60,539 nt of DNA from an uncultured Candidatus Saccharibacteria bacterium (GCA_964593375.1 CAZQIF010000004.1:1-60539), one strand, 5' to 3'. Shown: positions 30,801 through 38,090, numbered from the stretch's first letter. Notes: generated by a model from the sequence alone, not told the origin. Program-made: numbers and translations.

Positions 30801-31485
30801 CCGGGCGAAGGTATCTATACGTTGAAGCAGGGAGAACATTAGTGAGATTGATTGGACTCGTTGTCGTGCCCACATCGTTTCCAGGAATGAGTAGGTTTGG
30901 AACAAGTTCCCAAGAACTACCGTTGAAATATTCAACTTGATACAAAATCGATGAACCTCCTGATTCTGTATCGGTCCACGACATCTGTTGCCAATACGGT
31001 CCAGAACCTGCATAGAAATCAATCGCTGGGTCACCCACCACTGTAGCGGTGATTACCGGATTTTTAGGCGCTATCATAAGTGGCTCTTTGTATGGCGTTA
31101 CTCCTGATGCACCGTCTGTCTCAAGTGTTTGAAGTGTGCTCCACAGAGCAGTCGAACTATTCCAGTATGCGTAATCGTATCGGTCGGTCGTTGATGCATA
31201 TGATGCTACCTGAATCAAATTGTCGTTTGTTCTGCGCATCTGAATACGTGGTGAAGGGCCGAATGTCGAAACACGTGCAGCGGTAGACCATGCTGCTCCA
31301 GTCCACACTTGATACGCCATTGCTGTAGTCGTTGCGTACGTGACCATAATGTTTCCATCACGTGCACCACCCACCTCAAACGCACAGTCAACCGGTCGGT
31401 CATTGTAAATCGTTGCCACCGTGTTGTCCCATGTCGTATAGAGCTCAGCTTGACCAACCCATGCACCACCGTTCCAGCGCACCAC
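18877..31485 (-). CDS. Giant extracellular protein (4202 aa) with DUF2341-like and LamG-like modules and beta-helix-like pseudo-repeats; possibly the downstream part of one larger gene
   Basis: The ORF begins at GTG 31485, in the same frame as 31510..37965. Three W-[SK]-[YK]-R-K...Y-[VLM]-Y-Y-G-N modules lie at ~27780..28105, ~25085..25395 and ~20830..21100. A LamG-like block lies at ~24340..25030 (GQIDGSLLLNGTNQNIDT..WHYIVGTW..KIYIDGAL..GTVDEVRMA). There are three copies each of YSQDH.G..G.L.I[FY]G.Y..T.GT[ED]YW..ATDFDG and GE[AG][YF]D[IV]D...W-D-[DN]-S. Many ~60-aa GT-rich pseudo-repeats are present. Confidence 0.85.
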   Translation of the reverse strand: MVRWNGGAWVGQAELYTTWDNTVATIYNDRPVDCAFEVGGARDGNIMVTYATTTAMAYQVWTGAAWSTAARVSTFGPSPRIQMRRTNDNLIQVASYASTTDRYDYAYWNSSTALWSTLQTLETDGASGVTPYKEPLMIAPKNPVITATVVGDPAIDFYAGSGPYWQQMSWTDTESGGSSILYQVEYFNGSSWELVPNLLIPGNDVGTTTSPINLTNVLPASTYRYLRPVANMTCGASCPVLSDWTLTWSAGITASGTVQQFNQSTNVSTGTVAVAVNGVLQVGKTGSVNAGTWSISNVNASPGDILTFFMSNASDTNEAAAIARYDGVGNMEGIKLFEQHVTLGSNDATTTPFTNADIGYYDYTQDEDLFFNGTGTALSLCVDVGCANAELYIMASSTFALTDTVNLPNIENNGTLNLGTYTMYVSRSWDNNATTTAGTSNVVFTATSTSETIDETGAFAPSFYNLSFGTTTGNATWTPATTLDVNGNLTVTRGTFARGTTSITVAGNLVNSTNGIWTGIGTTTFDGTGTSNWSDGNPTLQNVGRVVIDGGSKTVLLSGHVLAQSLLIGADDIFDVSATPFNITVMREWTDLNASPNNFDARAGTVYFAATSTNHTITAGGDNFYNMNFTGVGSWFFSEADLLISNDITIATGTVTMPTGTTTVTGSWNSAGGTFANNAATVLFNSGSAETITASGTPFENAFWNLRFSGSGSWVFNDSSATTSNDLTITQGTVTFPSNTLTVVGNFTNSGGSFNHNTGTVKFTSASTKVIDTNSSFYSMHFAGTGEQSFVDTNITALGNITLTSGTTTFPSGTTTIGGSFTNTATVTPNGGTLLFNATSSGKTISTGASSLYNVTFNSVTGGWTIIGNATTTNNFTLATSSLFTLGDGLILSVGGIFQNRVGGASTTWATTSILSLEAGNYSINSKYTGGDSYGVLQIKPNTNIQMWNSTSDTYAIQATSSLYSQDHNGADGYLYIFGNYVRTSGTEYWSSATDFDGASTSRPVNVRFDAGASATFATGTVLQIIGTSTATTSINKISTGYYGITASSATVNAQYYQFKGMNATGFNLTGSTTIASLANGDFEVSAASGTAMTVSSTTIDKNPALPIYRVNFSTTLSTSTPSDWLAGWSYRKSHTLTAAAGAGTNYQMKITLHYGAGTDSGTHVYLNSNAKTDFGDVRFTSSNGTTTIDYWVASSTSSTVAEVWVEIPADLSTTNQSIYVYYGNTGASYPYLASERAHGDATFLFFDDFTVDLSRWQREVITGVYPQISTTTSPTYVRNGGGITSGNYGFTSLGSNPTYNGFTNNAIGYKARNATDGIGSVAFRGSATTTVPQRGYQARVDQRAGQGQSFLRPPYSGWNFLGSCTVDTNRPTADVWYIYDVTASTSDFKIYRNGTLMKSCSDATYSSPGQISLQNHYGSYVDYDWVFVRKFKGTEPAHGSWGTEELIPLSSGTNVTAVGTSTSYWRFWEHTGALSGEAYDVDPGGNPGYIRWDDSTLLITLSGTVYSDDGVTTMGSSTCNGVTPNVTVIINPGTATSTWCASLNGAYSINVPVVGDVTLTTYLNTNGGQKGVVVTKTPTANITNHNIYANRVITKHQDVLPLTIADMARVDNSDDSDISFTAATGTTNTLVLPFNTELHIASSTTFAPGGNITINGNASGTSQDGSLHIDDNATFTGSATSTYTIGGSFTMDVGATFTSASTTVIMNATTSGKTITTTTGQEISFNNLQFTGANGGWNINGNIRAQGNIDVATGTVTGTGNITLPYGSFSGNGTVSLGSGTTTIEQTNTLGGTTAWTFGNLVLGNSVNVGTTTPATNATTTVLGKLTVSSAHYLNAGGSGWNLRGSGTVFVVNGTFLKGTSTVQYSGTLDASVLGTSYYNLNFDAFGGVPTYTATGLGIVVQNNLTIGSTNPTTVNFNTYNTALDVVGSVYIRPNGVLVGSNSGLFTVEGSWTNTGSFVHSNGKVIFDSTALGNVVSPGGSSFYDVDFNSASGGWTVGPSMRADRNLSILDAQSFVVATSTSSGGANWYDIGWSYRKKITIDHTKVASTSTSTLVNFPVLVNTTNTNFKYTGSGGNVGKSNGGDFLFTSSDGTTKLSHELEKYSSTTGELVAWVQVPVLATTTDTELYLYYGNSSASDQWNITGTWNDGGSNYFKGIYHMKEATGTNPADSSPSGNNGTHVNSPAQTAGQIDGSLLLNGTNQNIDTTYTQSNVTSYTVGAWLKTTDAGISKTIVQNRGGGAGMSLTLGIGQTGGGHGTAGQVGFEVDSNTIDIGISSVQTVHDGNWHYIVGTWSAATGTAVNPSQFKIYIDGALAATTSGSTGSATSPLTGLGGAKIGRHDLWATNLAGTVDEVRMATVVRSSDWIKTEYNNQSAPASFYTLGSEDTTGSVIEVRGTFNNAVLDSHTTWTGATLYINSGTTQTINVKSSGGDVYDTLRVGANTHVRMWNSSSGTTSPTTTGSVYSQDHAGTNGALYIYGGYTNTSGTDYWNYATDFDGTILTPGNERKVTVSFASSTNALYTGGGLSVIGDPTASTTLQNQGVGAYGLRIGGTASTTMNYYEVRNTNVSGIVFSGTPTVVSLSYGDFIVSQASGTAITVGGTALQTRNFTNNYFATSSGATPAFNVTATGTTLNSWKFTNHSGGLAGEGYDIDPGPSAGDPGYIVWDNSSTSLSVSGRVFTAEGTGTSTACDGSNDIKLVVGGVTQYVTSCNASTAVYTFTNVSFNLGDSFIVYIDGKAVKASTVSEDSVSTISNFDLYENRVIVRHEGVDPISIADMALWDSSDDPGDIPFTAVDGGSDTLTLPLNTKLIVWGDKTFRPGGNVTVSGGGAGAAYDGTVELYANAVFDATGSETHTIGGSLISGTGASIDDETSTFIFTTTGAARTIDTNEYALYNMTLNGSGSWTVTNSALDVPNDLTITQGALTLPTGTTTIGGSLSNTGGSFAQNGGHMRFTSSAAETIRTGGSNFGTTTFAGSGSWTYLDTNATSTGNFTILSGSVTSASGTLTLSKNFVNAGTFTHNSGTLRFIATTSSTTVRANGSDLSSTTFAGLSNFVFTDTNVALRGAISIQQGTVTLATGTMSIAGSFLNTGGAFNHASGTILFNSTDTGESINPGSSLFNIVSIAAPTGGYTITNSATTTGNFSLTSASSFTLASSTTLTVGGVFTNLVGGGNTTWSGSTLKINSGVPYTVNSASQGGDAYNLLIVSNNTDLRMWNSSATTTMGDSQSSLYSQDHGGVNGELNIYGNYERTTGTDYWSYATDFDGTSLTGIERAVNVRVASGATTTFSGGLLQMIGASNGTTTMTNQGVGTYSMNVTGGTLYALNYAMRNMDTNGLSLSGTTTITTISNGDYELAVSGGSLITVSSTTLNYNATQVISGMRFATTTAITGTNIKLTGTTGSAWTLTSHRGNLAGEAFDIDGGDACGSIQWDDSACLLTRQSAYRWRNDDGGEGVPDSEWYDTNWSKRKRVKITNSDVTTYTNAVIEIPVTWDSDMQNDFDDLRFTTQGGTTSIDFVREKYATSTSATVWVEVPSLAASADTEIYMYYGNGGATYAGNGTSTFAAYDDFEYASIATYYSGYTSLFTTSGSFAYQGSYGLKAVSPTDRTEFGGIYRPSATTSRGQTIRYFEYIDTGAGSGDEICTLFGVQNPGSSNQNYGVCLELLDTDRVSLVQDAIDNDTNVLTTVLSSTTISYTTGWYEVEVRWATTSIGVSVFKNDVLVATTSATDSSYTSGRIGFGFWFQSGGWDFYTARPLLATEPTTTTGFEQVRGGASWMAAKNVKASGVQTGTVVRPRFVIENTGFSVNDQYRLMYAPKGVSPSCESVGAGSYAAVPVQSSCGTSPICMQASSLTNQASTTDIIGGRGTFTYGQTIEENSNVTQSLTLGSNVYTEVEYAIAATINASSSNYCLKVNDDATSLDSYMRVAELELLFVPNITSVSLNGGNNIILLPGVTTTIYATGTVSDLNGYTDLDINRATTTIYRSGVTDACSRDNNNCYIASGPTQCSFNNCNMFTNSCDISCSADIYYFADPTDTFSPYDGETWRATLSISDMGGSIATGSAPSIDLTTMRAISVDNSISYPPLEVYGNSGSTNPTTTITNIGNIALDLSLEGTDLTDGISSYIPVTNQKFATSSFTYGGCGLACKQLSSTTPVSLEADLGKPTSTSTPIVDELFWGIQISYPASSREHRGTNMFTAVLD

Positions 31486-31509
31486 GCCAATATCTCTATC
31501 TTGGTCGAT

Positions 31510-34500
31510 TTAACAGAGAATCAATTTGTCGGTTCCCACATCGCGCGCAATATACCCTGCTTCAAAATCATCACCAATTGCTACCGTAGCAGCTGCTGTC
31601 CATGTTGCACCACCCCATGAACGCCAAGAATAGTTGTTTGTCGTTGCACCGTTAGATACTGCCACAATTGCCTGCCCCCCACTGTACTCATACTCAGCTG
31701 CAATACCTTCGTGGTTTGTTTCGGTATTTTGCATAGAACCCCATACTGCTGAGTTACCCCAAGCAGAACCATTCCATACGCGCGCTTCATAGGCAATACC
31801 GCCCGTGTCTCTCGTTACTGCAATAATCTCATCTGAGCCCGATGCAGGATCCGAAATGAGCTTAACCCAACCACAGGTATTTCCTCCCGTAAGACCGATA
31901 CCTCCGCCGTTCGTCCATGTGGTACCATCCCAGATATAGTAAATTGGATCCGCATTACCATCGCATGAGACTATCATTGCATCACCCGATGTCTGTTCAT
32001 AGGCAACATCAAAACCACGCATAGCCGTATTTGGGATTGAGGTGACAATTTCTTTACGACTACTGCTACTATTCTCCCACTCACCGTTTCGATACACCTG
32101 CACATTCACATCAGCATCAGTTCCCATCGTTGCAAGAATATACTCACCTTCTCGTGGAGCTGCTCTTGTTACTATCCATGTGATCGGAGCATACACGTCG
32201 AGTGCGTTTGCTTCAGCACTCCATGCAGTACCGTCCCATACTCGGTATCGAGGTGTCGTAATATTTCCTTCTGCATATGCTATAAGACTTTCGAGTGACG
32301 TTGATGCGACCGTAATCGAAGTGGTGGATACTGCCAAAGTTCCAGAAAGTGCATCGGTATTAAACTGATCAACAGTTGTTTGGAACCATGTTGAGACGGT
32401 CACAGTGGTATCAACCGTGATACTTTCAGCATCGGTATAGAAGGAGTATTGCTGACTTCCATTTGGATCAATTGCGCGTACGCGCCACCAATATGTACGC
32501 AAGTTAACGAGTGCATCCGCTGGTTGAATTTTATACTGAATCGTGTGACCAGAAGTAAATGGGGTGGTGTCGCCTCCATTCGTGATATTCACGAACCCTG
32601 CGCTCGTTGATGAAACGCGTGTGGTCGAAGCAGTAAACGCAGATGTGGTTGACCACTGAAATTCATATACTAAATCATCATTTTGCGGGTCGGTGGTAGT
32701 AAATTCAAAGGTTGGCGTTGTGGTCCCAACTTTTTCATTCGGGAATGGCATATTCGTTGTTGGCGTAGGGATGCGGTAGCCCCACGTTACCGTCCAGTCG
32801 GAAAGCTTTGGATTACTTGCGCCTCCGGCAAAAATACCGAGAATGCGAATGATGCGGTACGTAGTAACATCAACTGAAAGCAGACTTATTGAAGAAGTTC
32901 CAAATCCTGCACTATTTCCTGAGAGACTCGTGTCAGGGATGAATACCCAACTTGAAAGCTCATCATCATAGTATTGGAGACGATATCTAAGCGTGTTCGT
33001 TGCTGTTTCGGTATCACTCCATGCAAGTGACCCCCACGCATTACCCACCGTTCCCCACGTGAAGTCTATTGCAGATGAGGTGGTTGTACCGGTTGTAGAA
33101 CCCGATGCGAGTTGTACCACGTCAGTCGTAAGTGCGTCAGTGTTGAGGTGAGTTCCTGTATCGAACTGTTCCTCCATTGTTTGGAACCAGGTTGATAGGA
33201 CGGTAGTTGTTCCTATCGTAAAGCTTCGCACTTCAGACCAAATGCCAAATGTATTCGAACCACCATTCGTGACCGCAGTTGGGTCAATTGCCTGCACGCG
33301 CCAGTAGTACGTTAGACCATCAGTGAGTACCGTCGTCGGTGAAAAACGAATAGTATCACCCGGAGCATACGGGTTTTTACCTGACGAATTGGTAACATCT
33401 GAAAATAGTGCTTTATCAGAGGTCGAAGCAGAATTCTTCTCGATATTTATAGAACCAAAATTACGGTCATCGTCGATTTGAATGTGGTAGCTCAAATTAT
33501 TTCCCTCAGCATCACTCCCCGTAAATTCAAATTTTGGTGTTGTGGTCCCAACCTTTTCGTTATCAAAAAGTTTCATGAGTGTTGGTGCATCAGGAGCTTG
33601 ATTTGTCACGAGAAGTGGATACTCAGTGTAGGTAAAGAGTGGTGTGTCATCAGATTCAACCATACGGAAGCAGTAGTTGGCCCCCGGTTCTGCATTATTT
33701 TGTTTAATGACAAAATCCCATTCGCCATCTTGTGCGATACCAACGGCGTTCGGCATCGTGACCGACGGATTAAATTCCTCGTAAGAACCGAAAATATCAG
33801 AGCCGGTAAGCGTCGTACTTGAGAGTGTAGCTCCATCAGCGACACTCCCATTATCATGCCCAATCCATGCCGTCGACGAAGCAGCTCCGCCCACATCAGT
33901 CCACGAGGTCACCGTGGTGCAGACTGCTGACGTGGTGCCAAACTGCAACTTAAAACTCTCACCTGTGGATGTTGAGTTTGAGTTGTTGAGCTGTATGCGG
34001 AGTCGCACGACCTCACCACTTTTTATCGGAGTGAGCGATGGGTCAATTGGAGTATTTTCATCGATGTTCTCCTCAACACCAGCTGGCCACGGATCAGTTG
34101 GAGTAAGCAAATCTTCGTTTGCATAAAAACGGTAGGCAAACTGATTGTAGACAGGAACGAGACCATAATATTTTGCAAAGATAACGGTCACCGATGGAGG
34201 GGTATTTGATGCAGTCGAGAAATTACTGAAGTCAACAATGTGCTTATGTGTACTTGGAACACCTACACGCGTTGCATTCCATCGTCCATTCGTACTTGCG
34301 CTCGAGCTACTCGTTGTCGCACTCATGATGTCGTGCGTGTGGGTTTCGCTCCCTCCGGTTGTGCCATACGTTGCACTTCCCTTTATATAGCGGTCATAGA
34401 ATGGGTCTCCTGCTTGTGCAGAACGGTTGAGCCAACCCGCCGGAGGAGTGTCGCTCCACATGGCGATTGCATTGATTGGCGTTGCGGTAGCAACAGAAGA

Positions 34501-37500
34501 TGAAGCAAAAATAACTTCAATGTATGGTGGTTCAGAACTTGCAGGAATTGTTGAAGAACTAATGGTATGAGTGTGTGCTTCTATCGCCGGAAGTGGTGAT
34601 GCGAGTGGGTTACCACCTCCTGCAGTTCTGTTACGTACCGGAGTTCCTGCTGCTGCACTCGTCGTACCAATGAGACTGTGTATGTGCGTATTCGTACTAC
34701 TGCTCACAATAGCGTTTTGACCCATTGGATAGCGTGCATCAAGAGGAGTGTACCGCGCCCATCCACTCGGAAGGGTCGTATCAAACATGAAAATTGCGCC
34801 TGCGGGTGTGGTCGACGGAATACCTGAGTTGATGTGTTGAATAACGCGGAGTGAACGATACGCTGGAAGCGTTGTGGTACTTCCGATTGCGAGTGTAACT
34901 GAATCGTGTGAGTGAGAAACTCGGTCAGCCCCCGTTACACCTCCCGATTCTGATACTGCTGGGTAAATATTTGTATCAACAGCATTAACTGTTGTACTCG
35001 CGGTGTGCGTGGTCGTTGCCACACCTCCCGTTGTTCCGTATGTAGCACCACCCTTTGGGAATCGGTTGTAGAAAGTACTTGTCGAAACACACGAGATACA
35101 GAACCAGCTACCTGGGATACTTGCGCCATCAGCCCAAAATACAATCATGCTTCCCGCTGCGTCTGATGCAATTTGCCATCTTCGGTGTTCAGTAAATGCT
35201 TTTGGTGTTGTCGGTGTCCCTGCGGTCTCAATAACAGGTGCTGGAACAACTTCATTCACTGGAGTGTCTGTGGTAGTAGTTTCAGTTGTCGACGAACCTT
35301 CACCGAGGGGTGTGGTGTCTGTCGTTTCAACTGTCTCAACATCCAGAATTACTTCTTCAACTGGTGCTGATGTCTCTACAACAGGCTCTTCAACCGTACT
35401 CGTTTCTTCTGTAGAAACTACGGGTGTTTCTGGCGTAACAACCTCTGCAGTATCTGCTTCTGGAACAACTTCCGGAGCTTGAATAGAAGTCTCAGGTGTC
35501 GGTTCTGTAACTGTTTCGTCGGTAACTGTTTCAATTGGTGTCGTAATGCTTTCCTGAAGCATCACCTCAGGTGTCGCTGGCAAAACTTCATTAATTATGA
35601 TTCCTGCTTCACCACTTGTAATTTCTGCTGGGCCGAGATTGTAGAGGAACGGCGAAATATCGGGAGCATCAAACGAGTAAGAGAACGTTTGTGATGAGCC
35701 TGGAGCGAGTTCAAAATTCCAAGTGAGTTCAAATTCATCGCCCGCTCGCGTAATGATTGCATTAGTTTCATTCACCGTGAAATCAGCAGGAACACGCTCC
35801 ACAAGTTTGCCAGCAAAAGCAGTCTTACTCGTCACGGTAAGTTGCATTGGGTACATTGAAGGTGGATAAATACGTGTCGGTCCACTTCGACTTATGAAGA
35901 TATTGTGAGTATCCTTTACCACAAAGGTGTCACTCGTGTGCGCAAGAACAATTCCATTTTGGTCGAGCCTTTCAACATACATTTCGTATGTACCCGTCGC
36001 TTCTGGCGTAAATTGTGCAAGATAGTCAGGGCGGTCAACCACGTTATTTCCGTTACAGAGTCCTGATGGCGAAACGGGAACTCGGGAAATAAATTCAAGT
36101 GGGTCGATGATGTAGAGATTGAGGTTTGCATCACAGAGTGTATTACCGTTTTGTGAAAGTGCGCCAAATGCAATGGTTGCAGTATCACCAATTTCATATT
36201 CAGTTTGATTTGGGTTGATGGCGAGCATTCCCCATTGGAAGTCAAACGTATCAGAAAATGTTTTTCCTCCCTCAGTAATCGTGAGCTCCACGATGTACGT
36301 CCCTGGTTGCAGTTTTTCGCGATCGGCATCCGAAAGTTGAATGGTCCACAACCCATCTGCAGTCATATCAATTTGCGGTGTCACATCGATGATTCCCTCA
36401 TCCTTTCGAATAAACTCCACGGAAGCTATCGTTGCGAGATTTGATGAGAAGATACTGCGGAAGAATTGTACAAAGCCATTGCGCTGAGATTCATAGCGAA
36501 GCACAAACATTGGATCTTCGGTTCGGGTGAAGTCGAGTTCTGTACTGATAAGCTCATGAATGCTCGGAAGTGTAAGGAATGGAAGTTGCTCGGGAAGCAG
36601 TCGCTCTTCGAGAAGCGTACGGTCATAGGTTTCGGTTGCGAGTTCAAGCCATACCGAATCGAGATATAACCCAGTGAGATTTTCAGTATCGCCCTGATAT
36701 GAAATTCGTACCTGCAATTTTTCAAGTGAAGCCACATCAGGAAGCAGTGGGAGCGCAAAAAGGAAATATCCACCATTGAGTGCGTTTGATACTTCGCTCT
36801 CCATTACCACAGAACCTGCATTCATCCATTCACCATCGGTTTTATATTCAATTTCAAGTGATGGCAGTGGCGCACCTTCTTGAACTTCATACTGTGCTCC
36901 GAGTGACATGCGCAACTGCGCATTGGTAATAAACTGCCCTGATTCAAGTTTTGGAAGCGCAAAATCAGAGAGTGTGATTGGATAAGAAATAACGGTTACT
37001 TCATCTGCTTGTGGTGCTACTTCAGAATCAACAACAGGTACTAATACCTCCTCCTCTTCTTCTTGAATTATTTCTGTAGTAGGTTCTTCAACAACACTCG
37101 CTTCTTCAGTTGGAGAAAATTCAGGAGAAGATGTAACTGGTTCTGTAGCAGTATCTGATAATTCAGCTTCAATGACTGGTTCGACAACAGTCTCGTTTAC
37201 AAATGGCAACAATGTTACTGCGCGTTCAAAAAATGCAAATATTCCACTACTGTTTTCATTCTGACTTACTGTTTCAATTTCTGCAGGAGGAGTAATTGGT
37301 TCTTCAACACTCTCCACCTCAACATCCTGAGACTGAGTCTCTGCAGAACTTGCATTATTATCTTCTTCTTGAATGACTGCATCTATATTTTCAAGGGGTG
37401 TGGTCTCAGCTTCAGACGAAGGTGAATCATTTCCTGTGCCTTCTGTATTAGTTACATCCTCATTTGATTCAGATTGTGATTCTACAGAATCAGTACTTGG

Positions 37501-37965
37501 AGTTTCAGTATTCTGATTTAAAGAAGTATCGAGATACGCAGAATTCGATTTATTGAATGATTGATAAATGCCATCTTCATCAATATTTTGTTCAGAAATA
37601 GCATCCGTATTCTTCCAATTTTCGTTCTGAACATTTCCAGGGAATACATGAAGTGTGTCAAGTTTTCTTGTGAGTTCAAGATTAGATTCAGCGCTCGAAG
37701 AGAACAGGAATACAGAAACAAACATTAGTCCATATAGCAAAACAAATGCTTTTCTTTTTGCTGGAGTGAGTCGTGTAAATCTGCTTCTTACAGGTAATCT
37801 GTTTATGGATTCACTAAGAAGACTACATACACTATCAAATCGCCATGAAACAAATTCTAGCGCTTTAAATATGGATATTCTATTTTTCTTCTTAGTTTTT
37901 TGAGAGAAAAATCTCATCAACTCTACACACAGGCACACCACTCTATTAGAGTGGGGGCCAATCAT
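31510..37965 (-). CDS. Giant membrane-anchored extracellular protein (2151 aa): acidic stalks, tail-collar-like units, FN3-like units, C-terminal W-x-G-x-x-W repeats
   Basis: Probable start is M17 at nt 37917 (MRFFSQKTKKKN). TM KAFVLLYGLMFVSVFLFSSSA. E/T/V/S-rich segments. Units with P.GW...[RD]..[FY]..G.ATYGTTGG..THT lie at ~34150..35140. EKVGTTTP[KT]FEFT...Y[YW]WRV[QR]AIDP occurs twice. The C-terminus carries repeats RVWDGTAW / YIWDGTTW / RVWNGSAW / RSWGGATW. The ORF ends at TAA 31512..31510. Confidence 0.85.
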   Translation of the reverse strand: MIGPHSNRVVCLCVELMRFFSQKTKKKNRISIFKALEFVSWRFDSVCSLLSESINRLPVRSRFTRLTPAKRKAFVLLYGLMFVSVFLFSSSAESNLELTRKLDTLHVFPGNVQNENWKNTDAISEQNIDEDGIYQSFNKSNSAYLDTSLNQNTETPSTDSVESQSESNEDVTNTEGTGNDSPSSEAETTPLENIDAVIQEEDNNASSAETQSQDVEVESVEEPITPPAEIETVSQNENSSGIFAFFERAVTLLPFVNETVVEPVIEAELSDTATEPVTSSPEFSPTEEASVVEEPTTEIIQEEEEEVLVPVVDSEVAPQADEVTVISYPITLSDFALPKLESGQFITNAQLRMSLGAQYEVQEGAPLPSLEIEYKTDGEWMNAGSVVMESEVSNALNGGYFLFALPLLPDVASLEKLQVRISYQGDTENLTGLYLDSVWLELATETYDRTLLEERLLPEQLPFLTLPSIHELISTELDFTRTEDPMFVLRYESQRNGFVQFFRSIFSSNLATIASVEFIRKDEGIIDVTPQIDMTADGLWTIQLSDADREKLQPGTYIVELTITEGGKTFSDTFDFQWGMLAINPNQTEYEIGDTATIAFGALSQNGNTLCDANLNLYIIDPLEFISRVPVSPSGLCNGNNVVDRPDYLAQFTPEATGTYEMYVERLDQNGIVLAHTSDTFVVKDTHNIFISRSGPTRIYPPSMYPMQLTVTSKTAFAGKLVERVPADFTVNETNAIITRAGDEFELTWNFELAPGSSQTFSYSFDAPDISPFLYNLGPAEITSGEAGIIINEVLPATPEVMLQESITTPIETVTDETVTEPTPETSIQAPEVVPEADTAEVVTPETPVVSTEETSTVEEPVVETSAPVEEVILDVETVETTDTTPLGEGSSTTETTTTDTPVNEVVPAPVIETAGTPTTPKAFTEHRRWQIASDAAGSMIVFWADGASIPGSWFCISCVSTSTFYNRFPKGGATYGTTGGVATTTHTASTTVNAVDTNIYPAVSESGGVTGADRVSHSHDSVTLAIGSTTTLPAYRSLRVIQHINSGIPSTTPAGAIFMFDTTLPSGWARYTPLDARYPMGQNAIVSSSTNTHIHSLIGTTSAAAGTPVRNRTAGGGNPLASPLPAIEAHTHTISSSTIPASSEPPYIEVIFASSSVATATPINAIAMWSDTPPAGWLNRSAQAGDPFYDRYIKGSATYGTTGGSETHTHDIMSATTSSSSASTNGRWNATRVGVPSTHKHIVDFSNFSTASNTPPSVTVIFAKYYGLVPVYNQFAYRFYANEDLLTPTDPWPAGVEENIDENTPIDPSLTPIKSGEVVRLRIQLNNSNSTSTGESFKLQFGTTSAVCTTVTSWTDVGGAASSTAWIGHDNGSVADGATLSSTTLTGSDIFGSYEEFNPSVTMPNAVGIAQDGEWDFVIKQNNAEPGANYCFRMVESDDTPLFTYTEYPLLVTNQAPDAPTLMKLFDNEKVGTTTPKFEFTGSDAEGNNLSYHIQIDDDRNFGSINIEKNSASTSDKALFSDVTNSSGKNPYAPGDTIRFSPTTVLTDGLTYYWRVQAIDPTAVTNGGSNTFGIWSEVRSFTIGTTTVLSTWFQTMEEQFDTGTHLNTDALTTDVVQLASGSTTGTTTSSAIDFTWGTVGNAWGSLAWSDTETATNTLRYRLQYYDDELSSWVFIPDTSLSGNSAGFGTSSISLLSVDVTTYRIIRILGIFAGGASNPKLSDWTVTWGYRIPTPTTNMPFPNEKVGTTTPTFEFTTTDPQNDDLVYEFQWSTTSAFTASTTRVSSTSAGFVNITNGGDTTPFTSGHTIQYKIQPADALVNLRTYWWRVRAIDPNGSQQYSFYTDAESITVDTTVTVSTWFQTTVDQFNTDALSGTLAVSTTSITVASTSLESLIAYAEGNITTPRYRVWDGTAWSAEANALDVYAPITWIVTRAAPREGEYILATMGTDADVNVQVYRNGEWENSSSSRKEIVTSIPNTAMRGFDVAYEQTSGDAMIVSCDGNADPIYYIWDGTTWTNGGGIGLTGGNTCGWVKLISDPASGSDEIIAVTRDTGGIAYEARVWNGSAWGNSAVWGSMQNTETNHEGIAAEYEYSGGQAIVAVSNGATTNNYSWRSWGGATWTAAATVAIGDDFEAGYIARDVGTDKLILC

Positions 37966-38090
37966 AATTATAGCGCGCTAAACGTTAATTTAGCGCGCTA
38001 TACTGTGGAATACCTAAAGATAAATAATGGTGCTTCTTCGGTTCTTCGTAAAATTTTTCAATAATTTTGAGTTATGCTTTCGCAATGAGG

